A stretch of DNA of 36,865 bases from Pelomyxa schiedti (taxonomy: Eukaryota; Protista; Evosea). Below are positions 1 through 11,778 of this stretch, in pieces; position 1 is the first letter of the stretch; every line of letters starts with the position of its first letter. The position numbers and the translations under genes were made by a program. Where the stretch lies: the NCBI GenBank assembly GCA_020536535.1, contig JAHLWZ010000966.1, positions 1 through 36,865 on the forward strand, read 5' to 3'. The notes under the pieces were generated by a model. It was not told where the DNA came from. It did not search any database and was given only the letters and a program-made list of their open reading frames with translations.

Positions 1-1066
1 CAACTTACAACCTACTTAATGAAGCAATTCCTGTACCAGAACTCCCACAAACACCACTCCCCCCAAAGTCTGTACCAAATAGCACATACAACTCAACCGG
101 AGTCTCCCAACTACCCGAAACACAAACACAAGCACAAGCACAAGCACAAGCACAAGCACAAGCACAAGCACAAGCACAAGCACAACCACAACCACAGGCG
201 CAGGCACAAGCACAGGCCCAGGCACAACCACAAGCACAGGCCCAACCACAGCCACAACTACCACAGTTACAACCAACCTTGCCTTTTGCTACAAATAGCC
301 CCCTGGTCACCACTCCTTCAACAGTAGACCCACCAGAATCCTACAATTCCAGGATGCACCTCAAACTTCTATCACGATTAGCCACCCCAGACACTAAACT
401 GGGGTAACACACCATTTTCCCACAGTTAAATTGCAAAGTTTTGTTTACTAGATACACATGAAGAATTTGTTTTAAAACACAAGAATTGATTGGGAATCAC
501 TTTCGTGATTGTAGATAGCACAATATTGTATTTAACAGTGATGGCTGGGCTCGCCACAATGACGGGGTATGAGGAGTTTGTGAATGAAGTCAACGCAAAG
601 TTCACATCTGACCTGATGGGTATTGGTTTCAACAATATTCTTAGTGTTATTTATTGTCACCAGACTTTGTGGAAATGTGGGCCAACCAGAGAGACCCCTC
701 AGGGGAATGTCAGAGGCTGAATTCCGCTCTGTGTAGGGTCTTTTCCCCCTCATTTTATGGAACCATTCTTAATAATTGAATAGTGAAACAAGTAACTGAG
801 GAGCATCTGATCATTGACACAGTGTGGCACACATGGGGTGAGTCCCTATGAACTGTTGAAAACTGCCACATTTTTTCAAATAACAACCCAAAATAGAAGC
901 AGAAGAGCGATATGACAGGTTCTTCCAACACAAAGCAACATGTGAGCGAAATGGCCTCAAGATCCCGCTTCCTGCTCGATGTACAACAATTGACCAAGTC
1001 AAGGCTCAATTTACGCAACTGCAACAACAGGCAGCAACCTGGAGATCTAATCCCGGGCTCCTTTAA
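1..1066 (+). CDS. Hypothetical protein, 3' part (multi-exon, QA/QP-repeat tract)
   Basis: Frame from base 3 reads TYNLLNEAIPVPELPQ...(QA)n. Later exons join across GT-AG introns (e.g. donors at 620 and 838): MAGLATMTGYEEFVNEVNAKFTSDLM/DFVEMWANQRDPSGECQRLIPL/LKQVTEEHLIIDTVWHTW/EAEERYDRFFQHK...WRSNPGLL, with stop TAA at 1064-1066. No family recognised. Confidence 0.6.
120..260 (+). repeat. (CAAGCA)n hexamer microsatellite encoding a Gln-Ala/Gln-Pro tract
   Basis: Tandem cacaag/cacagg/cacaac units are directly visible. They explain the spurious CACA-, HKHK- and VLVL-type ORFs in other frames. Confidence 0.9.
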
Positions 1067-1461
1067 CCTGGCACACGGGGGTGGTTTTGGTTTTGGATTG
1101 TGGGAAACCCAACCAACAAGTGCACGTTCCATCACATCGCCGTTCTTGTCTTTTTTTCTTATTCCGGGAAACTTGATGAAGGGTGACTAAATTTAAGTGG
1201 CGCCACTCCCCTGCGTGTATCCCCGGACACCAAATGGATCTTATCCCCGACAATTGGAAAATAACCCAGAGAGTGAAGGGCCTTTTGGGATCTCAACATT
1301 GAAATTTTCAAACAAAAGTAAGCCCGAGTGTGACGCTGTTCCGGTATCACGCTAACACAGTAATAGGAAACACGGTAATCACGCGGAATTAATATACGTA
1401 TCGTTGTAATGCTCGCATCCATTGTGCTCGCTTTTTTTTTCCTTTGACTCGTACGACAGAA

Positions 1462-3012
1462 ATGGATCCGTCAATACCAACAGAAATGCCGTTCGAGTGT
1501 CTCATGGATAGAATGGGTCCAGGCGGCAAGGATGTCCACGTAAAATGCAAGTTCGTGATTGGACAGAGCGAGCCGAAGGGATTCACTGTATTCGAGGCCT
1601 TGGCCGAAACAAAGAGCGACCCAGACATGCTGCGCATGGTCGGCGAATTCTACATAAGAGGGCAAGGGACAGAGGCAGATCCTGTGGCTGGATTCAAGTA
1701 TTTCCGGAAGGCAGCTGACCTCGGAAGTGTGAAAGCATTGTGGAACATGGCTAATTGCTACTTGCACGGGACTGGCGTCAAGAAAGATCCTGCCAAAGCT
1801 ATTCCTTTACTTCAGAGGGCTTCAGATGCCGGAGAACCAACAGCAACGTTCACTCTTGCCCACTGCTACATGGACGGCTCCGGTGAGGCGGCAAATATCA
1901 GCAGGGCAGTTACTTTATTTCAGAAGGCTGCTGACGAAGGAAGCGCTGCGGCAAATCTTGATCTTGGAATTCTCTATGCAAATGGTTCAGGAGTCAAAAA
2001 GGATGACAGTAAAGCAATATCTCTCTTCAAGAAAGCTGCTGCTGCAAAGGATAAAAAGGACAAAGAGGTCGTATGGATGGCTGAGCTCTTTCTCAGTGAC
2101 TACTACATGTCTGGTGATGGAGTACCACAGAATTTCGTCAAAGGTGTAGCTCTTATGCAAAAAGCCGTGAAGGCAGGGAACCCGCAGGCATTATGGCGCT
2201 TGGGCTGCTGTTATGAGGAGGGGCAAGGAGTTGAGAAAGATGTCAGAAAGGCAATCGGTCTTTATGAAAGGTCTGCTGAAGGTGGCTTCGTAAAAGCAAT
2301 GCAGAGCCTTGGTGAGCACTTGTTGACTGGAGAAGGTATTTCACGAGATGTGGTGAAAGCTGTTGCCCTTTTGAATAGAGCTGCAAACAACGGATACACA
2401 CGTTCAATGCGCCTACTTGCACAGTATTACAAAGAGCAAGGTGGTGAAGAGGACCTCCAAAAAGCAATCTCCCTCCTGAGTAAGGCTATTGATGCCGGAG
2501 ATGAAACAGCACTGGTCGAACTTAGTCACTACTACAGCACGGGAGCAGGTGTCCCTGTTGATATGAAGCGGTCTGTGTCACTCCTTAGAAAGGGCTACAG
2601 CATGGGTAACGCTGAAGCCGGAGTTGCACTTGGATGGGCTTACTTGACAGGGGCTTACAATGTAACTCGCAACGTCCACAAAGCTCTACCCATTTTGAAG
2701 AAGGTTGCCAGAGTGTCATCTGATGCGAAAACAATGTTGGCATTGTGCTATGAAACAGGCTGGGGCATAGACATCGACACAAGTAAAGCTGACTCTCTAT
2801 ACCAAGAAGTCATTGAAAATGGCTATGCGGAGGCTATCTTCAAGGTTGGGCAGAATTTGGAACTGGGTTCTTGGGGGGCACCAAAAGACATGGGTAAGGC
2901 CTTTCTACTTTTCAGCAGGGCCGCTCTGGCAGGAAATGAGAAGGCAGTCGCCAAGCTTGCAGTACTCTTCCGTTTTACAAACCATGTGTTTGAGGCGGTA
3001 ACCAAAACCTAA
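1462..3012 (+). CDS. SEL1-like repeat (SLR) protein, intronless
   Basis: Single ORF with its first ATG at 1462. Roughly a dozen SLR units such as ALWRLGCCYEEGQGVEKDVRKAIGLYERSAEGG and ANLDLGILYANGSGVKKDDSKAISLFKKAA. Confidence 0.92.
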   Translation: MDPSIPTEMPFECLMDRMGPGGKDVHVKCKFVIGQSEPKGFTVFEALAETKSDPDMLRMVGEFYIRGQGTEADPVAGFKYFRKAADLGSVKALWNMANCYLHGTGVKKDPAKAIPLLQRASDAGEPTATFTLAHCYMDGSGEAANISRAVTLFQKAADEGSAAANLDLGILYANGSGVKKDDSKAISLFKKAAAAKDKKDKEVVWMAELFLSDYYMSGDGVPQNFVKGVALMQKAVKAGNPQALWRLGCCYEEGQGVEKDVRKAIGLYERSAEGGFVKAMQSLGEHLLTGEGISRDVVKAVALLNRAANNGYTRSMRLLAQYYKEQGGEEDLQKAISLLSKAIDAGDETALVELSHYYSTGAGVPVDMKRSVSLLRKGYSMGNAEAGVALGWAYLTGAYNVTRNVHKALPILKKVARVSSDAKTMLALCYETGWGIDIDTSKADSLYQEVIENGYAEAIFKVGQNLELGSWGAPKDMGKAFLLFSRAALAGNEKAVAKLAVLFRFTNHVFEAVTKT

Positions 3013-3653
3013 GCCGCACTCACGTAATACAATGACCTCTTTGTTTAAAAAACCTTTCTCTGGGCTCATTAACAAAATGTAAAAAAAAGGAACAAGGGTG
3101 CAAAGCACCTAGGCAGTTCTCATGTATGTTGGAGCAGTCGGCAAGAAGTAAGACTTTATTTCCTCGCTTCCAAGTACAGCCACAAGCGTCTTTTCTGGTG
3201 GCACTGACACGATCCCAGACGTCGTACAAGTAACGCCAGTAGGAGAAAAAAAAAATTGATACACTTCTTGTTCGTGGTCGTTTTGCCGAAACAAACGCCG
3301 CTGACCACAAACACATAAAAAAACGTAGGCCCCACACGACCAAGTTATGTAAATAATAATATACAAGATCTACTAAGACTGTCGGTTTTTGGTAGTACCA
3401 TGCATGCCACATACGCGATACAGTAACCCTGTTTTTCATAGCGTTTTTAAATCATCGTTCAACTTCCAACCCCCAACAACAACAACCACCAACCCCAAGT
3501 CACCAGAGTACTCTCGAGCTTGAGACCCACGCAAATCCAAGATATGCCATTCTCTCACTTTATGCAGTTTGTGCTAACCACGAGTTAATAGGCAAGAACC
3601 CCAGCAGAACCACAGCCGCCACAGAGTACTCTTCTGCCTGCCCGATTTCAGCC

Positions 3654-3719
3654 TCAGTTCATCATAATAAGTAAATCTTCAACATGTACATGTTCAGTTC
3701 ATAATAAGTAAATCATCAT
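3654..3719 (-). ncRNA. Candidate box C/D snoRNA
   Basis: Minus strand reads AUGAUGA (C box) - uuuacuuauuaugaa - CUGA (D') - acauguacaugu (palindromic spacer) - UGAAGA (C') - uuuacuuauuaugaugaa - CUGA (D). It lies in an unusually long gap between convergent genes. No clear terminal stem. Confidence 0.5.
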
Positions 3720-3822
3720 TCACTTCCAACCATGCTTTATTCGAAAATTTCCTTCAATCAAAACTTTTTTGTTTTGTTAGCTATTCGACAGTGGTATGTG
3801 GTGTGGATGGATGGATTTGGGC

Positions 3823-6800
3823 TCATGCAAAGGATGAATGGGCTGCTGCGTCCTGGTGGTTCTGAGCGGCCGCAAAGGCAAACCACCTCCTGGCCTCATT
3901 CGCGTCCCTCCCCACAATGCCGTTCACTCCACTCTCATACAACAGCCCCAGGTGGAACTGAGCCTCGGGGAACCCTTGCTCGGCAGCGGCCCTGTACAGC
4001 TCAAACGCAACGCCGCAGCTCCTGTCCACCCCCTTGCCGTGCTGGTAGCACTGAGCCAGGCTGTCTTGGCCAGGAGCCCAGCCCTGCGCTGATGATGCCT
4101 GGTAGTACCCAATGGCCAGTGTAGGATCCTTGACGAGGCCGGTTGCAGAGGGGATGCCAGCCTCGTGGAGCGAGCCGAGCCTGCTGGCCGCCATCGGGTT
4201 GTTCTTGCTGGCAGAAGCTTCAAACAGCCTCACGGCCTCGCTCGGGCTCTTTGGCACGCCCTGGCCCTTCAGGTAGCAGTACCCAAGGTAGAACTGGCCC
4301 AGGCTGTTCCCAAACTGCGACGCTACCTTGTAGTGCTTCACGGCCTCGGGTATGTTCTTTGTAACTCCAACGCTCTTCTGGTGGATGAGACCTAGCATAA
4401 AGTGACACATTGCAGCCACCTCGTCCCCAACAGTATAGCCGGTGGAAACGGTAGCGGCGGAGGAAGACTGTTGTTGTGCCTGTGGCTGTTGTGAAGGTTG
4501 CTGCAAGGGTGTTGGTTCCGCAGCCCACTTATTGAGGAGCTTGAGCATGTGGGGGTGCGAGTTGCGTGAGGTGGCTGCTGTGGCCAGTAGGGTCTCAAAG
4601 GTCCAGGTTGTGCTCTTCTCGAACAGGTTTGGCTGAACTGAGAACACACACCTGAGAAGTAGTCGGCCAAGTGCCTCTAGTGAACTTGCTTTATTGACCA
4701 TCAATTGACCACTCTGGAAAGCCTGGAACATGTCGCCAGATACAAAGGACCTGATGGCATTCAGTGGGAAGTCCTCTGAGCTCGTGTCGATCAAACCTTC
4801 ATTTGAAGTTGAGAAGTCAAAACTTCATAAAGAAGGATTACCTTCACTAAGGGAAAATTTCATGGCAGGGATTGTTGTAGGAATAGGCATAGGCCGCCTG
4901 ACTGGAGACCTCTAAAAAAGTTGTTATAAGGACAGATTGAAAGGTTTCTAAAAATCTCACCATTGCTTCAGTACCAAAGCTCAGAGACTCTGTCGCCACT
5001 GGGCTCTCAGTTTCAACACCAATAGCCCCAATTTTAGGTATCTCTGATACTATCTGTGATAGATTCTTGTTCTCGAGGCGTAATTTTGGTGTCGGTGCTA
5101 GAATATTTCTTGTAGACCGCTCAAGTAGTGACTCCATCTCAGTGTAATGAAGAGCAAAAGCGAGTCGGCTCCCGGTGGGCTGATCTGCTGCCTTTATTAT
5201 CGCCTCTCCTCTTTCAATGAATTCGCGCATGAAATGTGATGTGCTAGATATATTGACACCTTGCTTGTTCCACTTATCTCTTATCTCATTTGATATTGCA
5301 GCGAGCATGCTTATCAGTTTCTCTTCTCTTTTAGTTGCCGCTTCCCTCACTACAGAAAACCACTCTCTGATTTGTTGTGTGTAGTCTTTGACGAGTGTGT
5401 CCAGAGAATCATTTTCATTTTGAACCAATTTAACGGTATCCGTGTGATGACGGTAAAGTTGTCTCATCCCCTCGAGCTTGTCTGAGAAAACGTCCTTACG
5501 AGAGTCGAAAAATTCATCAATTAATTCAGTTTGGTGATTCTTGTGTTCCGTTCTCTCGCAGATAAAGCATACAGGCTTGGAGCACTCCATGCACCATAAT
5601 TCAAACTCCCGGCTCCGATGAATCTTACATCTGCTGAAGGGGAAACTCTTCATTTCGTCCAAAGAAATAGCTGAGTGATGCAGCAATGTGCCACCAGAAT
5701 GCTGTAACTTGAAACAGTGGCTGCACAGAATCATGCCATGGCATTCCTCACAGACAACGGTTGCTAGTTGGGGGCTATCATATCCACCTTCTTGACACCG
5801 GCCTGCCTCGCAAACAAGCCTCTGGGAATAAGCCTCCGTGCTTCTTTGGATATTCTCCTGAACTGGGAAGAGCCTCGGGTCCGCAAAGAGTTCCCTGCCG
5901 TCACTCACCAATCTGACCTCAGTAAGCTTTTGGCACCACCTGTGCGGACATGGGACTTGCACGACGCCAGAGTCTACTCTCGATTCCACAGGCGGGATTG
6001 CCAAGTCCGCCGCAGTAGCAGCTGTATTGATAGTAGATGCCAACGGAGTGCTGGGCTGCTGCATAGTTGCTGTCCCAAGTGGCCCCTTGATGGGCGAAAT
6101 ACCAATGCTAGAGGGCAAGTTCCTCCCAGGAATCAAAGAAGGCTTCATCGGCGACGCTTCCGCGGCGCTGCGGGTGGGCGTCCTCTGGGCCGGCGATGAA
6201 GAAGAAGAAGAAGGGAGGGCCCCAGTGACGCTGCCGTAGGGCCCGCCGCCGCCGCCGCGCCGGGCCGCAGGGTGGAGCACAGAGTAAGAGGCCAGGCCGC
6301 ACAAGCAGCTGTAGCACACCAAGTGGCCGCACTGCAGGCTCACAGGGCTCCTCACCACGCCAAAGCACACGCCGCACATCATGTCCACGACCCCCCTGCC
6401 ACTCCCCCCAAATCCCAATCCCCCAGAGCCAAGCCCCCCAATCCCATGCCCATGCCCAAGCCCCTTCCCCAGGCCCATGCCCACTCCTCCCAGATCCAAG
6501 GGCGAGGTTGTTGTTGTTGCTGTCCTCTGGGCGCCCGAGCCAGATGGCGCAGAGGGGGCAGAGGACGAGGAAGACGTGGAGGAGGAGGAGGAGGAGGAGG
6601 ACGAAGAGGCCACGATCTCGGTGATGCGCACGCGCTGCTGTTGGCGGCCGCGCACCTCGGTGGCTCCCTCCCCCTCGCCTCCCGACGCCTCCTCGTAGTC
6701 GTCCTCGTGCTCCTCGCGCCTCGCCTGCTGCTGCTGCTGCTGGGTCTGTTGGTGCCTCGGCGCGCCCCTCTGCTGCTGCGGCCGCGGCGGCTCGCGGTCG

Positions 6801-7018
6801 GCGGCCTCGTCGTCGGCGTCCTTGTCTCGTTGCCTCTGCTGGCTGCGGGGGACCCTCGCCGGGTGCCTGGGCCCGCCGCCCACGCTGCTGCTTGTGCTGG
6901 TGCTGTTGCTCCCCTCGTTGCCGTTGCTGCTGCTGCTGCCGGCAGAGGTTGTTGCGGTGCTAGTGGGCGGGGCTGAGGAGCGACGCCCTTGGGGTGTTGT
7001 GCTGGAGCCGCCACTCAT
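3823..7018 (-). CDS. TRIM-like RING / 2x B-box / coiled-coil protein with C-terminal SEL1 repeats (putative E3 ligase)
   Basis: RING CGVC..CGHLVCYSC...CPHRWC, B-box1 CEECHGMILCSHCFKLQH, B-box2 CKIH..LWCMECSKPVCFICERTEHKNH, then a coiled coil. Introns 4960-4912 and 4841-4797 join ORF 4847-7018 in frame to the SEL1 ORF 3823-4794. Confidence 0.85.
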
Positions 7019-7453
7019 CGTGTGGTTCTGTGGTTGTTGTGGATGACAGGGAAGTGCTGGAAGTGCTGTTTATTGGATGTTTGTTTGTGGGTGTGTTTGG
7101 TTTTTTTGTGTGTGTGTGTGGTTGTTGTGGTTGTGGGTATTTTTGCGGGGTTTTTTTTTTTTTGTTCTTGGCGCAGTGGGATGCTCCATGAACGTAATGA
7201 GTCAAGGTTTACCTTTCTTTGGTTTTTGCATTTTGATCTGTTTCACAGAACTGTGGAGATCTTGGAGTCTCTGCACTGGACGACACCGGAAGTATTGGTA
7301 GTGGGAACTTACATCAAGGACAAATCTCTCGACCACCGAAGAGTGGGTGATTCCTCGGTTCCGCTGAAGTACAGTTGCAAGCAGATCAAATTACAAACTA
7401 TTTATTCTGCCGAACACACAGGCAGCGTGCGTGTCAACGTAACAACAGCTCCA

Positions 7454-10400
7454 ATGAGACGACAACTCCCGAAAAAGCGACAAGCCATCTCTCGGCCCCA
7501 AGGCGTTTCCGGTGCCACCACGAAACGAACCAAGACCGTGCCGGATTGTCGTCGCCATGCGGCGCTCCCTGCCATGCTCGTGAAGTCGCGCCCTGCTGCG
7601 AAGACGCCAGAAAGAAGCGAGAAGCAGCCGTTTCATCTCAAAAAATCCGGCCATGCGCCTGTGCTGACCAAGACCACGAAAAAACAACAAGAGGAGGATG
7701 CCAGCAGCGACGAGAATGAGGAGGAAGAAGAGGAAGAGGAAGAGGAAAAAAAGGAAGAAGATGAAGATGAAGATGAAGACGAAGACGAGGAAGAGGATGA
7801 AGAAGTGGAGGAGAGAGCGCAAGTGGCTCCAAAACGAGCGGTGGGCAAGAATGAAAAAGATGCCTTGGAGGGGTGGGAGAAGCATGGCGAGTTGGGCATG
7901 TTTGACTTCATACCAAAGCAAAAGACAAGCAAAAAGAGAGATGACTTAGAAGAAGAGGAAGAGGAAAGTGACTCTGATTCTGCAGCTGAAAGCTCTGGAA
8001 ATGAAAGAGAGGAAACCAGTGATGACCAAGAAGACCCAGAAGACAAAAAAGATAAACGAAGGGCCTCCCTGGTGAATGCTATCCTGGCTAAGCAAGCGCC
8101 TGGCATGGTTCCCTCCAACCACTGCATATACTATGTTTAATTATTGAAGTGTCTTCTGCATCTATTGCTTGGTTTTTTTTGTTTTGCACACCAATAAAAA
8201 CCACTCCCACTCATCAACATTTAGAACCTGTTGCACCCCCTGAGTCCTCCAAAGTCAGCCTGGCAGACCTTCTAGAACCATTAGAAGGAAAAACCGAATT
8301 CAAGACGACAACTCAGCAGCTAAGTGGTGTTGCACGAATTCTAGATCCAGAAAGGGCCAGTAAAAAAAAAATTGCTGTCAAATCTCTCACCGAGGCTGAG
8401 ACCGAAATGAAAGAATTTGAGAGATTGCTGAAGGACTACGAAAGAGAAGAGGAGCAAGGGGGAAGTGAAGAAGATGTCTACAGTAATGATGAAGAAGTTG
8501 AGGACCCTACCTATAGAATCAAAGAGACCCCAATGAGAGCTTATATGGCCAAAAGCCTGGGACTGGATTCAAAGGAAAAGGAAGAAAGCAACGTTGTGGG
8601 GACTGTGGGAAATGATGGTGTGGATACAGCAGAAGACATTGAAGAACGAGAAAAAATAAGGATTATTCCATCAAGAAAGAATGATCTAGTTTTTCGTACT
8701 GAAGGAGTGATTGAATCCCGTGCTCAGGCCTCTGGAGAATCTGCAGACGACGATGCTATTACTGAAGGCGGGGAAGTACCAGATGAGCCTACCGGGAGTA
8801 TTACAGATGACGATGATGAAGATGACGAAAATTTCTCTACTCTTGTTGATTCAGCTCCAGAAGCAGTACCCTTCTTGTCACTTTAATCCCTCCCAATATA
8901 TGCCATTAACAAGATTTAGAGTGCAATAGCCGAAAGTGCTCGCATAGCAGCTTATGTGGAAAATGCTAAAGAACTGCATAAATGGCGGAAAGCTGCCGAT
9001 AACGTTCTAACAGTTAGAGTTTATGTTTCCTTGAAGCGTCATTCACATCTCTGCAGAAACCTGTGTCATTCCCTCTCAATGAATCTGCTGCAACAAAAAT
9101 TCCAGTACTCACTAAACAAATTGAAACTGTGTGCACTAGTTCTCTCTCTTTCGTTCTAACAGGGTAAAAAAAGCCGATGACAGCACTGGAGAAAGAACTT
9201 GGCCAAATAATGTCTGCAGGAAGTGCCAACCTTCTGTCTCTTGCACAAGTTCGTGCATCGAAAGTAGAAGAGGTACAGTTTTTAGGTGTGATTGCATTGG
9301 ACATAATACTTATTTAAGGACAAGAAACAAGTTCAGGACTCACTTCTTTTATCACGAAAAAAGAAATTCTTAGAGCACTCCAAGCTTAAAAGACAAGCAA
9401 AAATCAAGAGCAAAACGTATTGACCAATAAAGACAACTTTCTATTAATGTCTACTCCAGATACCACAAAATCCTCAAAAAAGAAAAATTAAGACATCAAT
9501 CAGACAAATTGGCACAGCTAATGGCAGAAGACCCAACAGCTGCCGCTGAATACAAGGAGAAAATGGAACTAGAGAGAATAACAGTTCTCCACAGTCTACT
9601 GTAACTTTTTTTTTTTTAACTATAGAATGAAAGGAACGTATGACTTTAAAACACAAAGGAAATACAAAGTGGAACCAACAAATCAAAATCAAAGGACTTC
9701 ATTTAATGCCAAATGTACAGCTTTTTACTTGTTGGTGTTGCCTAAGAATGTGAAGATAAAACGAGCAGTAGCAGAACAGAGGAGAAAAGGAAGAGAGCTC
9801 TTACGAAAAGACAAATTTCCAGAAGATGGTATTCAAGCAAAATAAATTTAAAATGTAGTTACGTCGTATAGCCCCTGAAAGACTTGCTGATGACGGAACA
9901 AAGCTGGGGCCAGAAATGCCCCACACAAGTGGTGACAAGAGTCCCACTGAAGTTATACGTATTGAGACTGTGACGGAAACCCCGTTGTTTATACCAATAG
10001 CCACTCACAAGCCAACATCAGACATAAAAAGCACAGCAAATTCAGTTCTTCCAACAGCATCTGCATCTAAAAATGAGCCAGATGAAGGGGGAAAGAAGAA
10101 AAACACGGAGGGACACCTCCTTATAAACCCCACTCCCAAGTCCGATATTGAATGCAAGTCTGCAGAGAGCGAGAACTTCAAAATAGATGAATCCCAGAAA
10201 GAACTACAAAAGATGGCCTTCATAGATGCTGGATTTGCTGAAGACGTATTTGTTCTTCCAGATAGCTTTTTCCATAAGAACCCCAGTAAATAGGAGGAGG
10301 AGGAGAAACCCCCGGAACCAAAAAAAGAAGCCAGTGGCTCAACTGAAATGCCTGGCTGGGTATGCCTCCCTAATCTCTTTTTCCGGTCTAAAAGTGTTAA

Positions 10401-10902
10401 CTGCAGGGTGACTGGGCCATAGACAAAATCAAACTGGCGAAGAAGGAAGAACCAGTCCGCACTACATCCAATAAAATACCAACACTCCTCAAGAAGAGAG
10501 TCATATTGCAGGAGGTACCCGCACCAAACAAAACAACAACACAATTTTTGCTGACCCAAACTGCATATCCCTAGAACAAAATGTTCATGGTTGACGTGAA
10601 GCCCCACGGAGTTACACCCGATCAATATGATGCATCCATGAGCATGCCGCTAGGCAGGGAATGGCAGACCCTAGGGATGCACGCACAAGCCGTACAACCA
10701 AGGGTGAGAATCCAACATTAACCCCACCAACCCACCCACCAACCAAACAAGCAAGCAACAAAACCTCCACTAACTAATCCTTCTTTCACAGGTCACCGTC
10801 AAGCGTGGCAAAGCCATCGACCCGATGGACATTGCACAGAAGTCCAGGCCTCTCATTCCCACACAGAAGCAGCCCACTACCTGGGTCAAACACCGTTCCT
10901 GA
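7454..10902 (+). CDS. UTP14: U3 snoRNA-associated protein 14 (SSU processome), multi-exon; start uncertain
   Basis: Acidic N-terminus, VSLADLLEPL, KRQAKIKSKT/YHKIL, MPGW/GDW, and C-terminal QYDASMSMPLGREWQTLGMHAQAVQPR/VTVKRGKAIDPM, all typical Utp14 motifs. Stop TGA at 10900-10902. Confidence 0.88.
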
Positions 10903-10993
10903 GCCCAATCCAACACACAGAAAGTTCTTCGTGGAACCAAACAAAAAAAATTGGCTGAATACAAAAAACCGGTTGAAGAGCACAAAACAAAAA

Positions 10994-11717
10994 ATGCCCA
11001 AGGGGAAGAAGTCAACGACGAAGGCGACCTCCAAAGGGACACCAAAGGGGCACAACCACCACCACGACGAAGACGAGGACGAAAACGAAGAGCCGACAAC
11101 AACAACGACTAGCACGACTACGACAACTACAACGCTGACCAAAAAGAAACAGGCCAAGAAACAACAACCTGGGAACGCGGCGCGAAGAGCCAAGCTGTTT
11201 TTGCTCAATGTGACGTACATTGGCATCGTGATTGGTGCATTTGTGTGCATTGCCCTGGGTGTAGGTTTGTTGTGTCCTCTCTCTTATTCTATGATAATTC
11301 TCTCTCTCTCTTTTTTTTTTTTTTTGTTTTTCAAATCCTGTACCACGCAACTCGTGAAACATAAAACAGTTGTTGCTTTGGGTTTTCCTTTTCCCTCTCT
11401 GTGCCGGTATTACCACCTGCTCATAAATTGTATAGCGTTAGCTACTGAGATTTTCGTTGTTTCACCATGGGTGGTTGCTGCTGTTGTTCTTGCGGAAGGA
11501 TTCTCTGTCATGTTCTTTATTACCTACGTTTCCAGGTGTGACCCTTTCTTCCTACGTGCATGTGGTGTTTTTTCCTTGTTGTTGCAATGCGTTGGTACTG
11601 TGTTGCACTAAATCACAAAGAACCGCTCTAACAACTCATAGAGCCAAATCTTCCCCCGTGCCTCATCAAAAACCACCCAAGCCAACTATCCCCAAAGGGA
11701 AAAAAAAAGAAGAGTGA
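10994..11717 (+). CDS. Small membrane protein with basic termini (hypothetical)
   Basis: ATG at 10994 (MPKGKKSTT). Hydrophobic segments LFLLNVTYIGIVIGAFVCIALG and IFVVSPWVVAAVVLAEGFSVMFFITYV. Last exon ends ...PKGKKKEE stop. Intron boundaries approximate. Confidence 0.55.
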
Positions 11718-11778
11718 GTGCCCCAACATATGTTGGTTTTTGTTTTCTTGTACAACATTCCATACTGGGCACTTCACT

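Noticed and set aside
5-327. Cys-, His/Lys- and Val/Leu-rich ORFs
   Set aside because: Alternative-frame readings of the QA hexamer repeat.
1098-1105. DUSE-like motif on the minus strand (others at 43, 14767, 23597, 24450 and 34852)
   Set aside because: The implied starts fall in or next to protein-coding sequence with no RNA-like structure; an 8-mer is expected by chance.
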